Positions 35,901 through 48,413 of a stretch of 64,000 bases of DNA are shown in pieces (the stretch's first letter is position 1; every line of letters begins with the position of its first letter). This DNA is from Vitrella brassicaformis CCMP3155 (taxonomy: Eukaryota; Protista; Chromerida): assembly GCA_001179505.1 (NCBI GenBank), contig CDMY01000255.1:434001-498000 (forward strand), written 5' to 3'. Position numbers and translations under genes: made by a program. The notes under the pieces are model-generated. The model ran no database searches, was not told where the DNA came from, and was given only the letters and a program-made list of their open reading frames with translations.

Positions 35901-38900
35901 ACAGGAAGGCAGACGGTGAGCAAGCGTTCTCTGGTGTTTCCACGGCACACTTACATGTATGGTTTGGTACTCCTGGAGGCTCTCAGCCAGGTGACCGCCA
36001 CTTGTGTGTAGATGCACCTGAACACGCGGAGAACACACATCAGCCTCGCATGACTGAGTTGCCTTCCCTATCTCCCCCGCTCGTACCAGCACGACTTGGT
36101 CACCGCGCCTCTTGTCATGGTTTTGCTTGGTGGGCTGCCCCTTGAGCCGCTGCGGCGTGCCGATCCACATGCCCCTCTCAGCCTCCACAAACCTCTCCCA
36201 CGATCCATGTCCGCAGGCCAGGAACAAATCAAACCTGTCTGCCATGAACGACAGCTCAGCGGGCAGGCACGACGACGGAGCCAACGACAGACGGACAGGC
36301 ACCAGGGAGTTGTCCAACAGCAGCACTGCCTGCACACACCACACCATTACACACAGCGAAGCGAATGCAATGCATCCATGTGTTGGTGCGGTGTGTGTAT
36401 CAATGTCAATCCGTACTTTGGGCATGTCGATGGCTTGGCACAGGCTGGCAACCGTCGCGAATGCATGGGAGAGGGAGTGTGCTTGCACAAACACGGCCGG
36501 GGCGGCTGCAAGAGATGGGGACTGATCCACCATGCCCTCGACCTCACCAAACACCCTGCGCACCACACCCATCACATCCGGCCGTCCGTCCGTCCATGTG
36601 TGCCCCCCACTCATACGTGGCTGATATATGCTACCTTCTCTGCTGTGTCTCGGCGCTGGCATCTGTTACTTCGGCCTGTGGACTCTGTGCGAGTGAGAAC
36701 ATGCCAAAACCGCCAGACGGACCGAACAGCTGACCCTGATCACACAGTCATCAACACAGTCATCAGCACAGAATCAATACACAGCGGCCGGCCGCAGCTC
36801 ACCGTTGATTGTTTCCTGCTGCTGTCTTCTCCTCCATCTGCTGATGCGGCGCTTCGCGTGGCACGACCCGAAGCAATGCCGTGGTGGTCGTGCTGATGGG
36901 ACCCCATGGGGCTGACGGACGAAGCGCCATCGGCCGCCGCTGTCGCCAGAGACCTCAACAGCCCCGCTGATGTGTGGTCGCCCTGGCCAGCATGAAGGTG
37001 CTGCATCGGTGTCAGCGAGAACAGAGATGAGCTCGCCTCTGATATGCCATGACACACACGAAAACAGACGACGGATCACATGAAGCGCCCGTGGTATCAA
37101 CGCGCCTCTTGGTTCCTTCTCATCTCACCTTCAGCCATGTTGTTGTGACTGGCAGTATCGTCGCCCTTGGCCTCCTCCGTGGCGGGCCTTTGCGGGAAGC
37201 TGTGGCTGGGGTGGATTGCCGGCGCTGGCAGCGCAGCCAAGTCTGCACCGTCACCCGGTACGTCGGCAGGGGTGGGTTGTGCGCTCAGCACAGCACTGTG
37301 GCTCGACCCTTGGCGCTTCGGCGCTGATGGAGACGTCGAGGGGATGGGCGCCCATGTGGACAGCGTGCTCTTGGTGCTGGACCCACCGCCGCCCCCTTCC
37401 CTGTTGCCATTTGCCATGGGAGACTCCACCAACGACACAGGCTCCATCTCTGCGATCTTGAGTCTGCTGGGCGGGGCCCACAGCTGCTTCTCAGACTTGC
37501 CCCAGATGTTGAGCAGGTCCTGCGGCACCGCTGCCCGCGTGATGCCCATGGGCGTGCCGTGCCGACCGCTGCTCGCCGTCTTGGGGCTCACCGCACCCAG
37601 CCTCGTTGCGTCACCGGGAACTGGTGGTGCTGGTGATGACGAAGGCGTGCCCACAGACGGTCGTTCGGTGAGGTGGTAGAGACGGGGGGCGGCATCGCTG
37701 GTGTCGCGGAGGGGCGTGTCGTCCTGCATGTGGATGTGGGGCCCTCTCCCAACATGCGATGTGTCATGGGGCGGTGCGATGAAGTGTTGCTGGGTTTGTC
37801 TTGGCCGCACGTCGGCGATGGTGAGGGATGAGTGCGGAGCTCTCATCGGTGAGAAGGCGTCCGTGTCGGTGTGGGATCGGGCAAACGTGTGGCTGGGGGA
37901 GTCCCTGGGCGTGAGGGGTGTGGGTCTCCATGCAGAGGGTGGCGGAGGGCCTGGTGGAGGGGGCGGCCTGCCACTGCCAGTGACGCTCTCAAATGGCACT
38001 GGCGGTGGGGGCGGGGGNNNNNNNNNNNNNNNNNNNNNNNNNNNNNNNNNNNNNNNNNNNNNNNNNNNNNNNNNNNNNNNNNNNNNNNNNNNNNNNNNNN
38101 NNNNNNNNNNNNNNNNNNNNNNNNNNNNNNNNNNNNNNNNNNNNNNNNNNNNNNNNNNNNNNNNNNNNNNNNNNNNNNNNNNNNNNNNNNNNNNNNNNNN
38201 NNNNNNNNNNNNNNNNNNNNNNNNNNNNNNNNNNNNNNNNNNNNNNNNNNNNNNNNNNNNNNNNNNNNNNNNNNNNNNNNNNNNNNNNNNNNNNNNNNNN
38301 NNNNNNNNNNNNNNNNNGGGGGGGGGGGGGGGGGGGGGGGGGTGGTGGCAGGACGCCTCCGTGATGCTGCGGTGTGTGCGCGGGGGCGGGGATCATGGAG
38401 TCCTCTCGCCGCACTGGGCTGCGGACGATGCAACTCAGAATGGGCGACCCAGTCTCACCCCTGCATTCACGCATACAGCCAGCCACAACAAGGATGGACA
38501 TGTCTTGTGTGGACTTCTGCATGCATTCGTTACCGTATAGAGGGCGATGGCTGTGTGATGTTTTCGGGGTCCTCCAGGTTGAAGAGGATGGGCTTCGTCA
38601 CGTGCGTCTGCAGTTTGTCGATCGATGCGAGTGGTTTGGTGTAGTCGAAGTTGGTGGCGGGCGGGTAGCGCTTCTGAGACGCGTCGTGGTAGAACGCACA
38701 CAAATCACCGCGCGGGCACCACCCTGACACAAGAATAAAGACAATGGGAGAAGTGGGCGAGTTGGATAGTCAGTCGATGCATGGCTGGCTGGACGGATCG
38801 ATACCGTTGGCCTTCCAGTCGGCGCACGGCATGACCTTGTAGTAGCTGGGGTGGTACAGCTGCTCCTTGCTCCCGTGCGCATACTGGCAGTAAAACCTGC

Positions 38901-41900
38901 AGCACACAGAAACGCATAGCTCATCGATTAATGTGTCAGTGACACGCTGCCTGGCATAGACACATACCCCTTGTTAGGGCATCTCTGTTCGTAGTCGAGG
39001 GCGTGCGCGTGTTTGTCCTTGTCCTTCTCCCAGTACGGACACGGTTCAGAGCCATAACTAAACACACGACATGACATGATGCAATGCACGCGGTACGGTG
39101 TTCATGCCATGCGGTGGTGTGTGGGTGCAGTGCAGTGCAGGTCGGTGCGGTGCGGTGGGTACCCTACCCCAGCTCAGGTGTCCGTCTGAAGTCTTGGTAT
39201 GTGTGTGCGTACACGCAGCTGTGCCAGTCGTGCTGGATGCCGTACGGACACCACTTGGTCTTGAACTTGGACATAAAAAAGTCGGCCTGACCATACATAC
39301 GCACACGGGCGAACAGGAGTTGGGTGTGGTGTGTTTGTTGGTGTGTGCGGTGGGTGTGGCGAGAACACACCGTTCGTTCGGACTCTTCCTCGGGGCTGAA
39401 TATTGGGCATCGGATCTCCTCACGGCTGTGGGCAAACGCACAAAACTTCCCACGCTGACAGCGCTGCACACGCACAACACACATTTTCACTCCCCTGTGG
39501 ATTGGTCGGCCCAGTGTGGTCTGTGTGGTCTGTGTGGTCTGTTTACTTACCGACACGTCGGGGTACGTCGCGCAGAATCTCTGTTTGTAGACCTCAGGGT
39601 GGTAGAGCAGCTCCAGACGATTGTGACACTTATCGCACGCGTCGCCCTTCTTGCACGCGAGGCTCTGTAGCTCCAGGTCAAAATGGTCCTCACACGGCTC
39701 AGCCTTGTACTGTCCAAATGGCGGCCTCCGTCTGTCTCGCAGGTTGTGGTAGAACGGGCATATCTTCCTGTCGTGCGCGTGGGCCTTGTTCCGACACGGC
39801 TGCGTCTTGAAGTGAGCAAAAGAGAAGTCGGCAGCTGCACTCGCACCCTTGACTGCCAGGGCATCCTGCGTAGTCCCCTGTGTGCGGGTGGACGGCGGGG
39901 GACTCCTGTCGCTGCGCGCGTTCGCGCGATTCGCCGCACCGCTCAAGATCAAATGCGAGTAGCGAGACTGCACGCACCAAAGGCCACCCAGTGGACACAC
40001 ACGTGTGGACGAAATGTCATCAGCTGCACATGTCATGTGGTTGTTTGCTGAAAGTTACCTGTGCGAATCGTCTGAGCTCGTGTTCCTCGTGTGCGAAGCA
40101 GCAGATTTGCTTCCTGCAGTCCTTGGAGTTGCAGAGGCGCGTCTTGTACTTGGCCGGGTGGTAAGAGATCTCGTCCTTCGAATGCGCAAACGGACACGAC
40201 AGACCTCTGACGGTTAGAGACGACCAACACAAACAGAGAGGACAGCAATCAGTGAGAGACGAGTGAGTGCGTTTGTCGGTCGTTGAATGTGTTGGTTGCG
40301 TGACTGACTGACTCACCTCGGGCAGTTGTTTGGGTGGTTGATGAACTCGCACTGGATGTCCCAGTAGGCCAGACGCTTCGACTCAGTGATGGGACGACGA
40401 CCTGACGCACACACATGGGTGGGTGGGTGCCACGCATGACATGACGCTCAGTGCACTTGGTGCGTACGTTTCTGCGAGTCAAAATGGAAGTCGAAGCACA
40501 CCATTGGCTTGTGGGCGGGACAGTGACCCTGACCGAACCGAGGACTGATGAATGGACAAACAATCAAACAATCAAACAACCAGGCAAACAGGGAAACAAG
40601 AAAGCAGAAGCAGTGAGTGAGTGACTCACAAGCGATCACATGTGCGACTGTCTCGCTGTGCTTCGTTCACTGACTGCCTGATTGTCTGTCTGACTGACCA
40701 TTTCCTGGTGTGGCAGTTGAACATGAAGTGCATGTGCTCCTCGTTCTCTCCCAACTCACGGAACATCGGCAGCTCGGGTCCCTGGCCCTCTGGCATCTCA
40801 ACCCTACCCCCAATCCCAATCCCAACCACCACACCGGACCGACCTGCACCCTCACCACCACGCCGACTGCCCCGCGGCGACCCATCGTCTGACGCCGCCC
40901 TCTGGCCCTCACCTTGACGCACCATCGGTGAAGGATTGCTGCTCCCACCGGTGGTCTGTGTCACTGTGGTGGCTGCCTGCTGCTGCTGCTGCTGCTGCTG
41001 GTGACTGCCCGGTTGTTGCTGTTGCTGCTGCATGATGGTGTTGATGGCTTGTTGCAGCTGCAGCAGCTGGTACTGCTGCAAAGAGGCGTTGCCGACCCCG
41101 CCATTGGACACCTGCTGCACTGACGGCGATGGAGAGGGCGAGGGCGACAGACGGTTGAGCAGCCCCAGGCTCGCCGCCTGGTTCTGCAGCAGGGAGAGCG
41201 CATTGGGAGTGGCGGGCTGCGGCTGCTTCGGGTGCTGCTGTTGCTGCTGCTGCTGCTGCATCCGCCTGAGCGCACCGGCAAGGTTGACCAGATCAGCAGT
41301 GGTGTCGTCCGACGACGACAGTGCGGCGTCAGATGCGGCGGCAGTGGGGGTCTTGGACACGGGCCGCTGCTGCCGCTGCTGTGGCGTGATGTCGGTCTTG
41401 TGATCGTGCAGCCGCTGCACCGTCGCCCCTCGATGGTTGGCGAAGAGGACGTCCCCATACGACTGCGGCCGTGTGAGGTCATTGGCGCTCCTGTGCGGGG
41501 TGCCAATCGCTTCAGTGCTCTGCGGTGAGATGTCGGTGAACCGCTCGCCGATGATGTCCTTGGGAGACGATTCGGCCTCAATCGATGGTGCTCTGGGGGT
41601 GGTCTGAGGGCCATGCGGTTGGGGCCTGAAGGCGGCCTGGTGGAGGGGAGTGGCAGAGGGAGTGACGGACTCCCTCGATGTGGCCGGCACTTGCTGTTGC
41701 TGTTGCGTCAGCTGCACGAGGGCTGCGGCCACATGGGTCGGGAGCTGAGATAACACAGCCGCCGAGGGGGGAGGGATGGGGCCGACCAAGGACGCGCCGT
41801 CAGCAGCAGCCCCACCAGATGATAACACGGTTGAGGCCTGCCCTGGCGCCAGCGATGAGTGTCCGTTGGGCAGGGTGCCGATGGGTCGACTTGGCTCGTG

Positions 41901-42149
41901 GGGCGAGATGCTCGTGTGGTTCATGAGGGACGCGGGGGAGGTCGATGTGCCCCCCACGAGGGACTGCTGGTGGGCGGCTGCCGAAGCGTGCGGCGTCATG
42001 AGGCCCGTGCGGGAGGAGGTCTCACGAAGTCGGTTGAGCTTGAGAGAATCCGAAAGCCGCACCTCCCCTCCGTTCTGCCGCGCGTCGGCGTGTGGGTGCC
42101 TTGCCGTTGCTGCCTCAGAGAGGCCTCCTAGATGCTGGTCAGCACGCAT
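32992..42149 (-). CDS. Large multidomain protein: Q-rich N-terminus, 9 Unkempt-like CCCH zinc fingers, poly-Pro linker, IRE1/RNase L-like pseudokinase and degenerate KEN domain (spans gap 38018-38317)
   Basis: The exon junctions I checked are phase-consistent from ATG 42149 to TGA 32992; both gap flanks read as poly-Pro. Fingers include FKTKWCPYGIQHDWHSCVYAH, YHPSYYKVMPC and CQRGKFCAFAH. The C-terminus has DIFSL..GCLLVYCLTGG, HPLFW, DW and RDFLRFVRK, matching IRE1-family hallmarks. Confidence 0.75.
38018..38317. other. Assembly gap (300 N) inside a G/C homopolymer encoding poly-Pro
   Basis: The N run is flanked by gcggggg on the left and a G-run of over 20 nt on the right. Confidence 1.
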
Positions 42150-42597
42150 CAGCGCCACAACGGATCGATGATGAATCTTGTTTGTGCTGCCCTTTCCGGC
42201 TGTCAGTGGCCTTCACCCGCCGGCCTCAGCCCCATGAAGGGCAGCCACATGGTCATGTGCCGCTGTTGCCTCCGAGACATGCCGGAGTGTGATGCTGCGC
42301 ATGGGCTGCTTGCGGTGCCAGATCTCGACTCGCGCCTCTCTCACTTCGACCTGTGTGGCGTTCTGCTGCCACTCAACGCTGAAAACAGCCTGTTTTCCGG
42401 ATCTTATCTGCGAGCTACTGAGTGGATCGACCGCGGCCAGGGGACAGAACCAAGCGGCAGCATGACAATCGGGCATCACATGCATCTCACATTCACCGCC
42501 GAAAACACGCCACTTCAACGGAACCCATGCTGCCCTGCAGATCTATCCGCTATGCATCTTCCGTCTAGCTATCGACGTCTCCACCAGTGAGTGTGTG

Positions 42598-45500
42598 TCA
42601 CGATGGTCTCTGACTTGCAGTGAGATGATCCACCACATACCGCCGCATCCACTCAACCACGTCCTGCACGACACACACAGCAATCCAATCCCTGCCTAGG
42701 CTGCACTGCACACTTGCGTTTGCTTGCTACATGTGACCATTCCCTTCACCCATCCCTCCTCCCTCCGTACATACATTGTCTTGCTGTGGCCATGTGTCTT
42801 CGTCGACTGGCGGCGTGGGCGGTAGCATCCACCCCCGCCACGGACCCATCCCCGACGTGTCGGACAGGGTGGCGCCCGTCTGCATCTTGCGCCTGGCCTC
42901 TAGGTACTGCTGGTTGTGCGCCAAGACGGCCCGCCCGAACACCCAGCAGCCGTAGGGGTGCAGGTGAAACGCCAGACAGATCACCCGGCTGTAGCGAAGC
43001 CATATGGCCAGCCGGCGGCGGCCCTCCACTGTGAACGGCACATACTGAAAGAAATAAAGGAAGACAGACAGAACTTTATTTGCTTGAACAGTTCGAGTGC
43101 GTGCTGCGTAACGTACGTCTTCTGTGGTCCGGGGCGCCAGGCACAACCAGTCGCGACACGATACCTCCTGAATGAATCGCCGCACCGCACACATTCTGTG
43201 TGCTGAAACCCAGGCAGGGGTCGTGTGTGTATCTGTGCCTGCCTACCCATATGGTGAGTAGTTCGTCAAGAGTGACGTGGTCCCGAACCATCAGCTGTGT
43301 GAACCGCGCCGTCAGCAGCGCCAGAGTCAGCACACGCATCTCGAGACCCCAATACTCGTCATCACTCCATCCCATATCCACTCCATCACCCACACCCACA
43401 GCAGCGACTCTCGCACCTTCACCACCAACTGACGCCCGTCGCATCGCTACCTTGGCAGCAGCAGCCGGTGTCGGTGTGTCTGCTGCCGTGCTGCCGTTGG
43501 TGGTGGCTGTCGTGGTGTTGTCGCGGCGGAGTGCGGTGCGTGTCTGTGTCTTGGTTGCAATGGGTAGTGGGCCGTGTTTGAAGAAGTGGTGCTTGTAGAA
43601 GAGGTGTAGGCAGAAGTGCATGACCCACACGGAAGGGGGCGAGTGGTCGACGATGATGCCGGGGCCGTTGAAGGGGCAGATGTCCAGCTCGGGCAGGCCG
43701 TTGCGGTAGCCCTCGGGCGGCCGACGGCACGGCAGCAACGGGATGGGACGCTACACATACATGAAACCAAGAAATATGTATGGGCCAGAATGGCTCGTGG
43801 TGTGTTGTGTGTCTGGGGGTCTGTGTTAGTGCTGGCTGCCTACCCTACCCGCTTTGGGAGTTTGGGTGGGGTTTTCATTTGCTCGATGACCTCCATTGAG
43901 AGCATGTCCAGTGTGGCGGCCGTCAGCAGCGCACACGCGGTGCTCTGGATGCTCTTCTCCTCTGCGAACAACAATGTGAACACACTCACGCATTGCATTG
44001 CGACCCACCCACCACATAATGTGTCATTGAGTGAGTGTCTGTGTGTCCTTTCGCACCGTACCGTCCTGTCTATAAGGTTCGAGTTGAGGGTCGAGGAGTA
44101 TGTTGAAGAGCGTCGGCACCACACCCTCCGTCTCAACCCAATCGCTCCTGATGGAATTCAAACACACACAATGGATGGATGCCTCCCGCTCCTCCTTGTC
44201 TATCTGTGTGGCAGCCCTCGCTACTTACACGGTGAGGGTCTCGAGGGCCGGCAGGAGGTAGGTGTAGTCCTGCAAGCGGAGTTCGGCTGTCAACGCCCCC
44301 AACACCTTCAGAAACTGCACAAATACGCACACACACATGTCTGCTCAAGGGCCGGATCGTTCGTCTGTTGGTCGGTGTGCGCGTGATGTCTTTCTTGCTC
44401 ACGTCCTTCTGGAAGCCCTCTGGCTCTGCAGCCATCCACACGGCCACTGGCCGCACAGCCATGCCGATCTCAGCTCTGAAGTCCGACGGCGGCCGGCGGC
44501 CCTCGCGGATCTCCCCAAAGAACTCAAACAGCACCTTGAGGCACTGCCGCAAGCCGTCGAAGATGTCACTCTGGTAAGACACATCGCACACAGAGAGAGA
44601 GGGGAGCGCTGGGTGCTCTGTGTTTCTGTGTGTGGGCCGTTGTTGGTGCTGTACCAGGTTGACGTCGCTGTCTTGTGTGTCAGTGCGGTCCATGTGTTGG
44701 CAGAGTCGGTCGACCCCCCGTGCGATGGCCTCCACTAGCCGCAGGGCCACGGCGAGGCTCTTCTTGCCCTGCGGTGTGAGCGGCTCCAGCAGCACGTTGT
44801 CCAGCTCGATGTGCAGCTCGACTGACGCCAGCTTCAATGCCAGACGCAGCAACCCACCGTGACCTGACACACACACACAACACAAGCAGTGTAGATGTGT
44901 GTGTGTGTGTGTGTGGATGCCACCCCTACGTCTGATGAGATTGTCTCCGTAATTGTGTATGAGTTGGACCACGGTGTTGAGGACATCGCACCGCTCCTTG
45001 TTGGGCAGACGGTTCTGAAGCAGCACCTCCAACGCCTTCAACGTGCCCTGCACACACGCGCATACACATACATTATACCGGCACAAGGCATCAATCAAAC
45101 CAGCCACACACCACCCCTCCCCTCTGTGTTCGCCGCGCGCCTCGCCTCCCTCTCACAAACCAAAGCCGCCCTCGGACTCACCTCCAGTCTATCTACGAAT
45201 CTCCTCAGCCACTGTGCTTTCTCAGCGGCTTTCTCCAGCCAGCCACCCAGGACACCCGCCGCCATGAGCGTGCTCTCGTCCTGCCGCCGCACCAGCGTGT
45301 CCATCAGGAGGTCGCAGTACTCATCGACCACTGTGTCAGTGAGGAGGGGCAACATGTGGCCCCACAGCGACATGATGTGCTTCATGGTGTCTACGGGCAT
45401 GCGCTCCACCCCCACCTGCTGCACCTTGCCGACGATGGGCGGGCACATGACGGCGGGGTCCACACACCCGTGGCCGCCCGGGAGTGTGGAAGCCTTGCAC

Positions 45501-46235
45501 AGGCAGCTCACCACCGCCTCGAAGGATATCGTGCCCTCCACCGAGGCACGCTGCACCCTCATCAGCTGCTCCGATGTGCCACTACTACTGCTCTGCTGGT
45601 CCTCCTGGTTGGCCGCTGGCTGTGTGTCCATGACAAGGCTGGCCGGGAGGCAGTCGACGAGCTGGGGGATGAGGGTACCGAACTTGATGCGGGCGTAGTT
45701 GTCTGTCAGGAGGCCGTCGAGCACCACAGAGCAGATGGCGGCGTAGGTCCCGCCCGCCCGGAGAAGGCGCGCAAGGAAGTCGCGGTGGATGCCAGACATG
45801 AGGAGGATGCGCTGAGCCTGCAGACAGACATACAGGGTCACCGCACCACCAAACCACACATAACATAACACAGTCCACATGGACGTCGGTCGTGTCGTCT
45901 GCACCTCGTTTCTCATCCACTCCGGCGGCAGTGTGGTGGTGAGCACGAGACCCAGAAACCTCTCCTCTGTCAGTCCATCCAATCCACCACACACCACACA
46001 CAGACACAGACACGACGGGGATATGCATGCACACGCGCCTGCGGTAGCCGGAAAAAACTCAGATCTGTCTGTCCCGCCTACCGTCGTTCTTGCCGTCGAT
46101 GAGCTCCAGGACCTTGTCAGGCGAGGCGTACCCGCCCGGCATACACCCTTCCAGCATCTTGACGAGAGTCTCCTCATCCGGCACTCGGATGTCGCCAGAG
46201 GCATGATCCTCATTGTCGCTCGAAGCAGACGCCAT
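42598..46235 (-). CDS. Neurochondrin-like ARM protein with a C-terminal extension (3' end approximate)
   Basis: KND|EERFLGLVLTT resembles the neurochondrin D-E-x-F-A-G-L-L-L-V-T-K motif. Also LLRLALKLASVELHIEL, VRPVAVWMAAE and YLLPALETLT (cf. VRVLGAWLAEE, LLPGWCHLT), recalled from family alignments. Confidence 0.7.
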
Positions 46236-46370
46236 AATCTTCTTGTCTTAACGCCGTAAAGGCCTCCTATCCCCGGGGGATGGTGAGATCTTCTACTTTC
46301 CTCTTCAAGCTCGCCACTGCGAGCTGAGTTTGCAACCAAGCGCAATTTTTCTGAAGGTTCACATCCAGCA

Positions 46371-47969
46371 ATGGGTGACGATTCCATTCCCACCTTGACT
46401 CTTCAGCCGTCGCCTCTGAGTGTGGCCTTGCAGCAGCTGCAGGAGGTCTTCGCCAACGAGTGCGCCCCGCAGCTCATCGATGTGGCCATACTCCGGGCCA
46501 AGGGCAACGTGGAAGCCGCAATCGAGTGGATCTGCGAGCAAATCGAGAGCCAGCAGGCTGCTGCTGCCGGAGGGTCTGCCCTCAGAGCTGAGGCGCAGAG
46601 CCAACCGCAGCAACAGGGGCAGCAGCAGCAGCCGCCGCAGCAGAGTGCGGAGGAGGCTGACCGACTGCTGGCGCAACAACTAAGTGAATTCGGGTAAGAA
46701 CGAAGACGGATGATCATCGTGTGACTCCCAGGCATCCTCTCCTTGATGTGTCTGTGTGTGGTTTGATCATCAGGGACACGGGGGCTGACTTGGAGCGACT
46801 GTTTCCCTCCAAGGACCGCCAGACTACATCATCGAGGCCCTCCCGGCCGCCCAGGGCCACTGGCGCCTCCCCCAGCCCCTCCCCCTCCCCGCCCCCCCAA
46901 TCGCAATCGCGGCTGCCCAACTGGCTGGGCTCCATCATACAAAGCACGCGAGATACCGTCAAGCAGGCCAGGCAACGGCAGCCCACCAGCAGCGGCGGCA
47001 GCGGCAACAACAGGGCTGATGTCGAGGAGACCACCGGCCAGACGCCTTTCACTGCAGAAAAGCTTAAGGGTGAGGGGAGAGGGGGGAGCACAGAACTACC
47101 AATGGATGGATGGATGGATGGCTCCTCTTATTCTTGCGTCTGTGTGTGCAGAGATCCGTCAGCGGATGAAGCAGGGTGTGCATCGTGTGCTGCGGTCGTC
47201 ATCCTCTCTGCTCAACCGGCGTCGGCAGGCCCCTCTGCCCCACTACCCCTCCCTGACGGAGACCAGCGAGGACGACCTCACCATCACATTCGGCAGGCGG
47301 GGAGTGCGTGCGGGGCCGCAAGAGGTCTACCATGACGACGATGAGTTCTGGGGGCTCGACAGGCGGAACGGCGAGGGCGGCCAGGGGGGTGGTGGTAGAG
47401 CTGGGGGCCAGGGCGACGGCGTGGACCCCCTGTCGGAGCTCAAGCCGCAGCCTGTCGATTTTGGAGACGCCATTGAGGCGCCCTCTCCGTCGAAGGTACG
47501 TCTGTCTCTTGCGTAAACACGCGTCGTTGATGCAGCATGACATGAATGGATCTGGCGTGCTTATGTGTCTGCAGGTTGGTGGTGCTGCCCGGGTCCCACC
47601 TGCGGCGCAGAGGGACACATCAACTGCAGCAGCTGCTGCTGCTGATGGCGGGTCGTCGGGGGCGGACGTGCAAGTCATCTCTATCAGTACTGATGGATGC
47701 ACGGGGCGATCCCACAATGGTCGGTGAACCGCAGGGTTGTTGGTGTCTGTCTGTCTGTCCTCTGTGGTATGTCAGGCACGCCCCCCGACACCCCCGATGC
47801 ATCCCCCACCCACCAGCCACCGCCAGCCTTCCCAGCCGATGACAACGCAGACGCATCGGAGGCCCCCGCCAAACCGGGTGCCGGTGACGATGCTGGTGAT
47901 GGACCGGCAGACGGCCAGCAGCAGCAAGAGGGAACAGCTGAGGAAGGGCCAGCTGATGGGGATCAGTGA
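46371..47969 (+). CDS. CUE/UBA-like domain protein with a low-complexity C-terminus
   Basis: LQQLQEVFANECAPQLIDVAILRAKGNVEAAIEWIC resembles CUE (L..MFP..I...L....GNVE.AI). It is followed by EEADRLLAQQL and S/P/G-rich exons. Confidence 0.6.
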
Positions 47970-48413
47970 GTGTGCTGGCTGGCTGGCTCGGTGGATGGAT
48001 GGACGGGTTGAGTGTTTTTGTCTGTCTGTCATCTAATTCGATACGACGTGTCAGTCTGTGATGTGTGTTTGATTGGGTTGGTGTGATGGATGGTGTATGT
48101 ATTCATTTATCGCATCATTCTTGTATGCGCCAGTCTTGCTGTCTGTCCGGCTCTCATAAGCACCGTTTCCACCATTTCCATGTGAGTGAATGAGACTTAT
48201 TCTTCCCTGTCTTCGCTCATGCCTTTTCATGCCGGTCGTGTTGGTTGCCCTGGCTATGAGCCTTCTCAGAACCAGAGCAGTCAACACGGCCGGCAAGCAA
48301 AGGCATGAGCAGAAGAACGGGCGAAGAGGGGGACCGATGGATGACCCTTGCTACGATAGATACTCAATGAAACATACATTCTCAGCGTATGTCCACCCAG
48401 AACGAAAAGCCTC

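Noticed and set aside
42132-42590. 152-aa plus-strand ORF between two minus-strand genes
   Set aside because: It lies in the probable promoter/5' UTR of the CCCH-KEN gene, with no recognisable motif or plus-strand splice structure.
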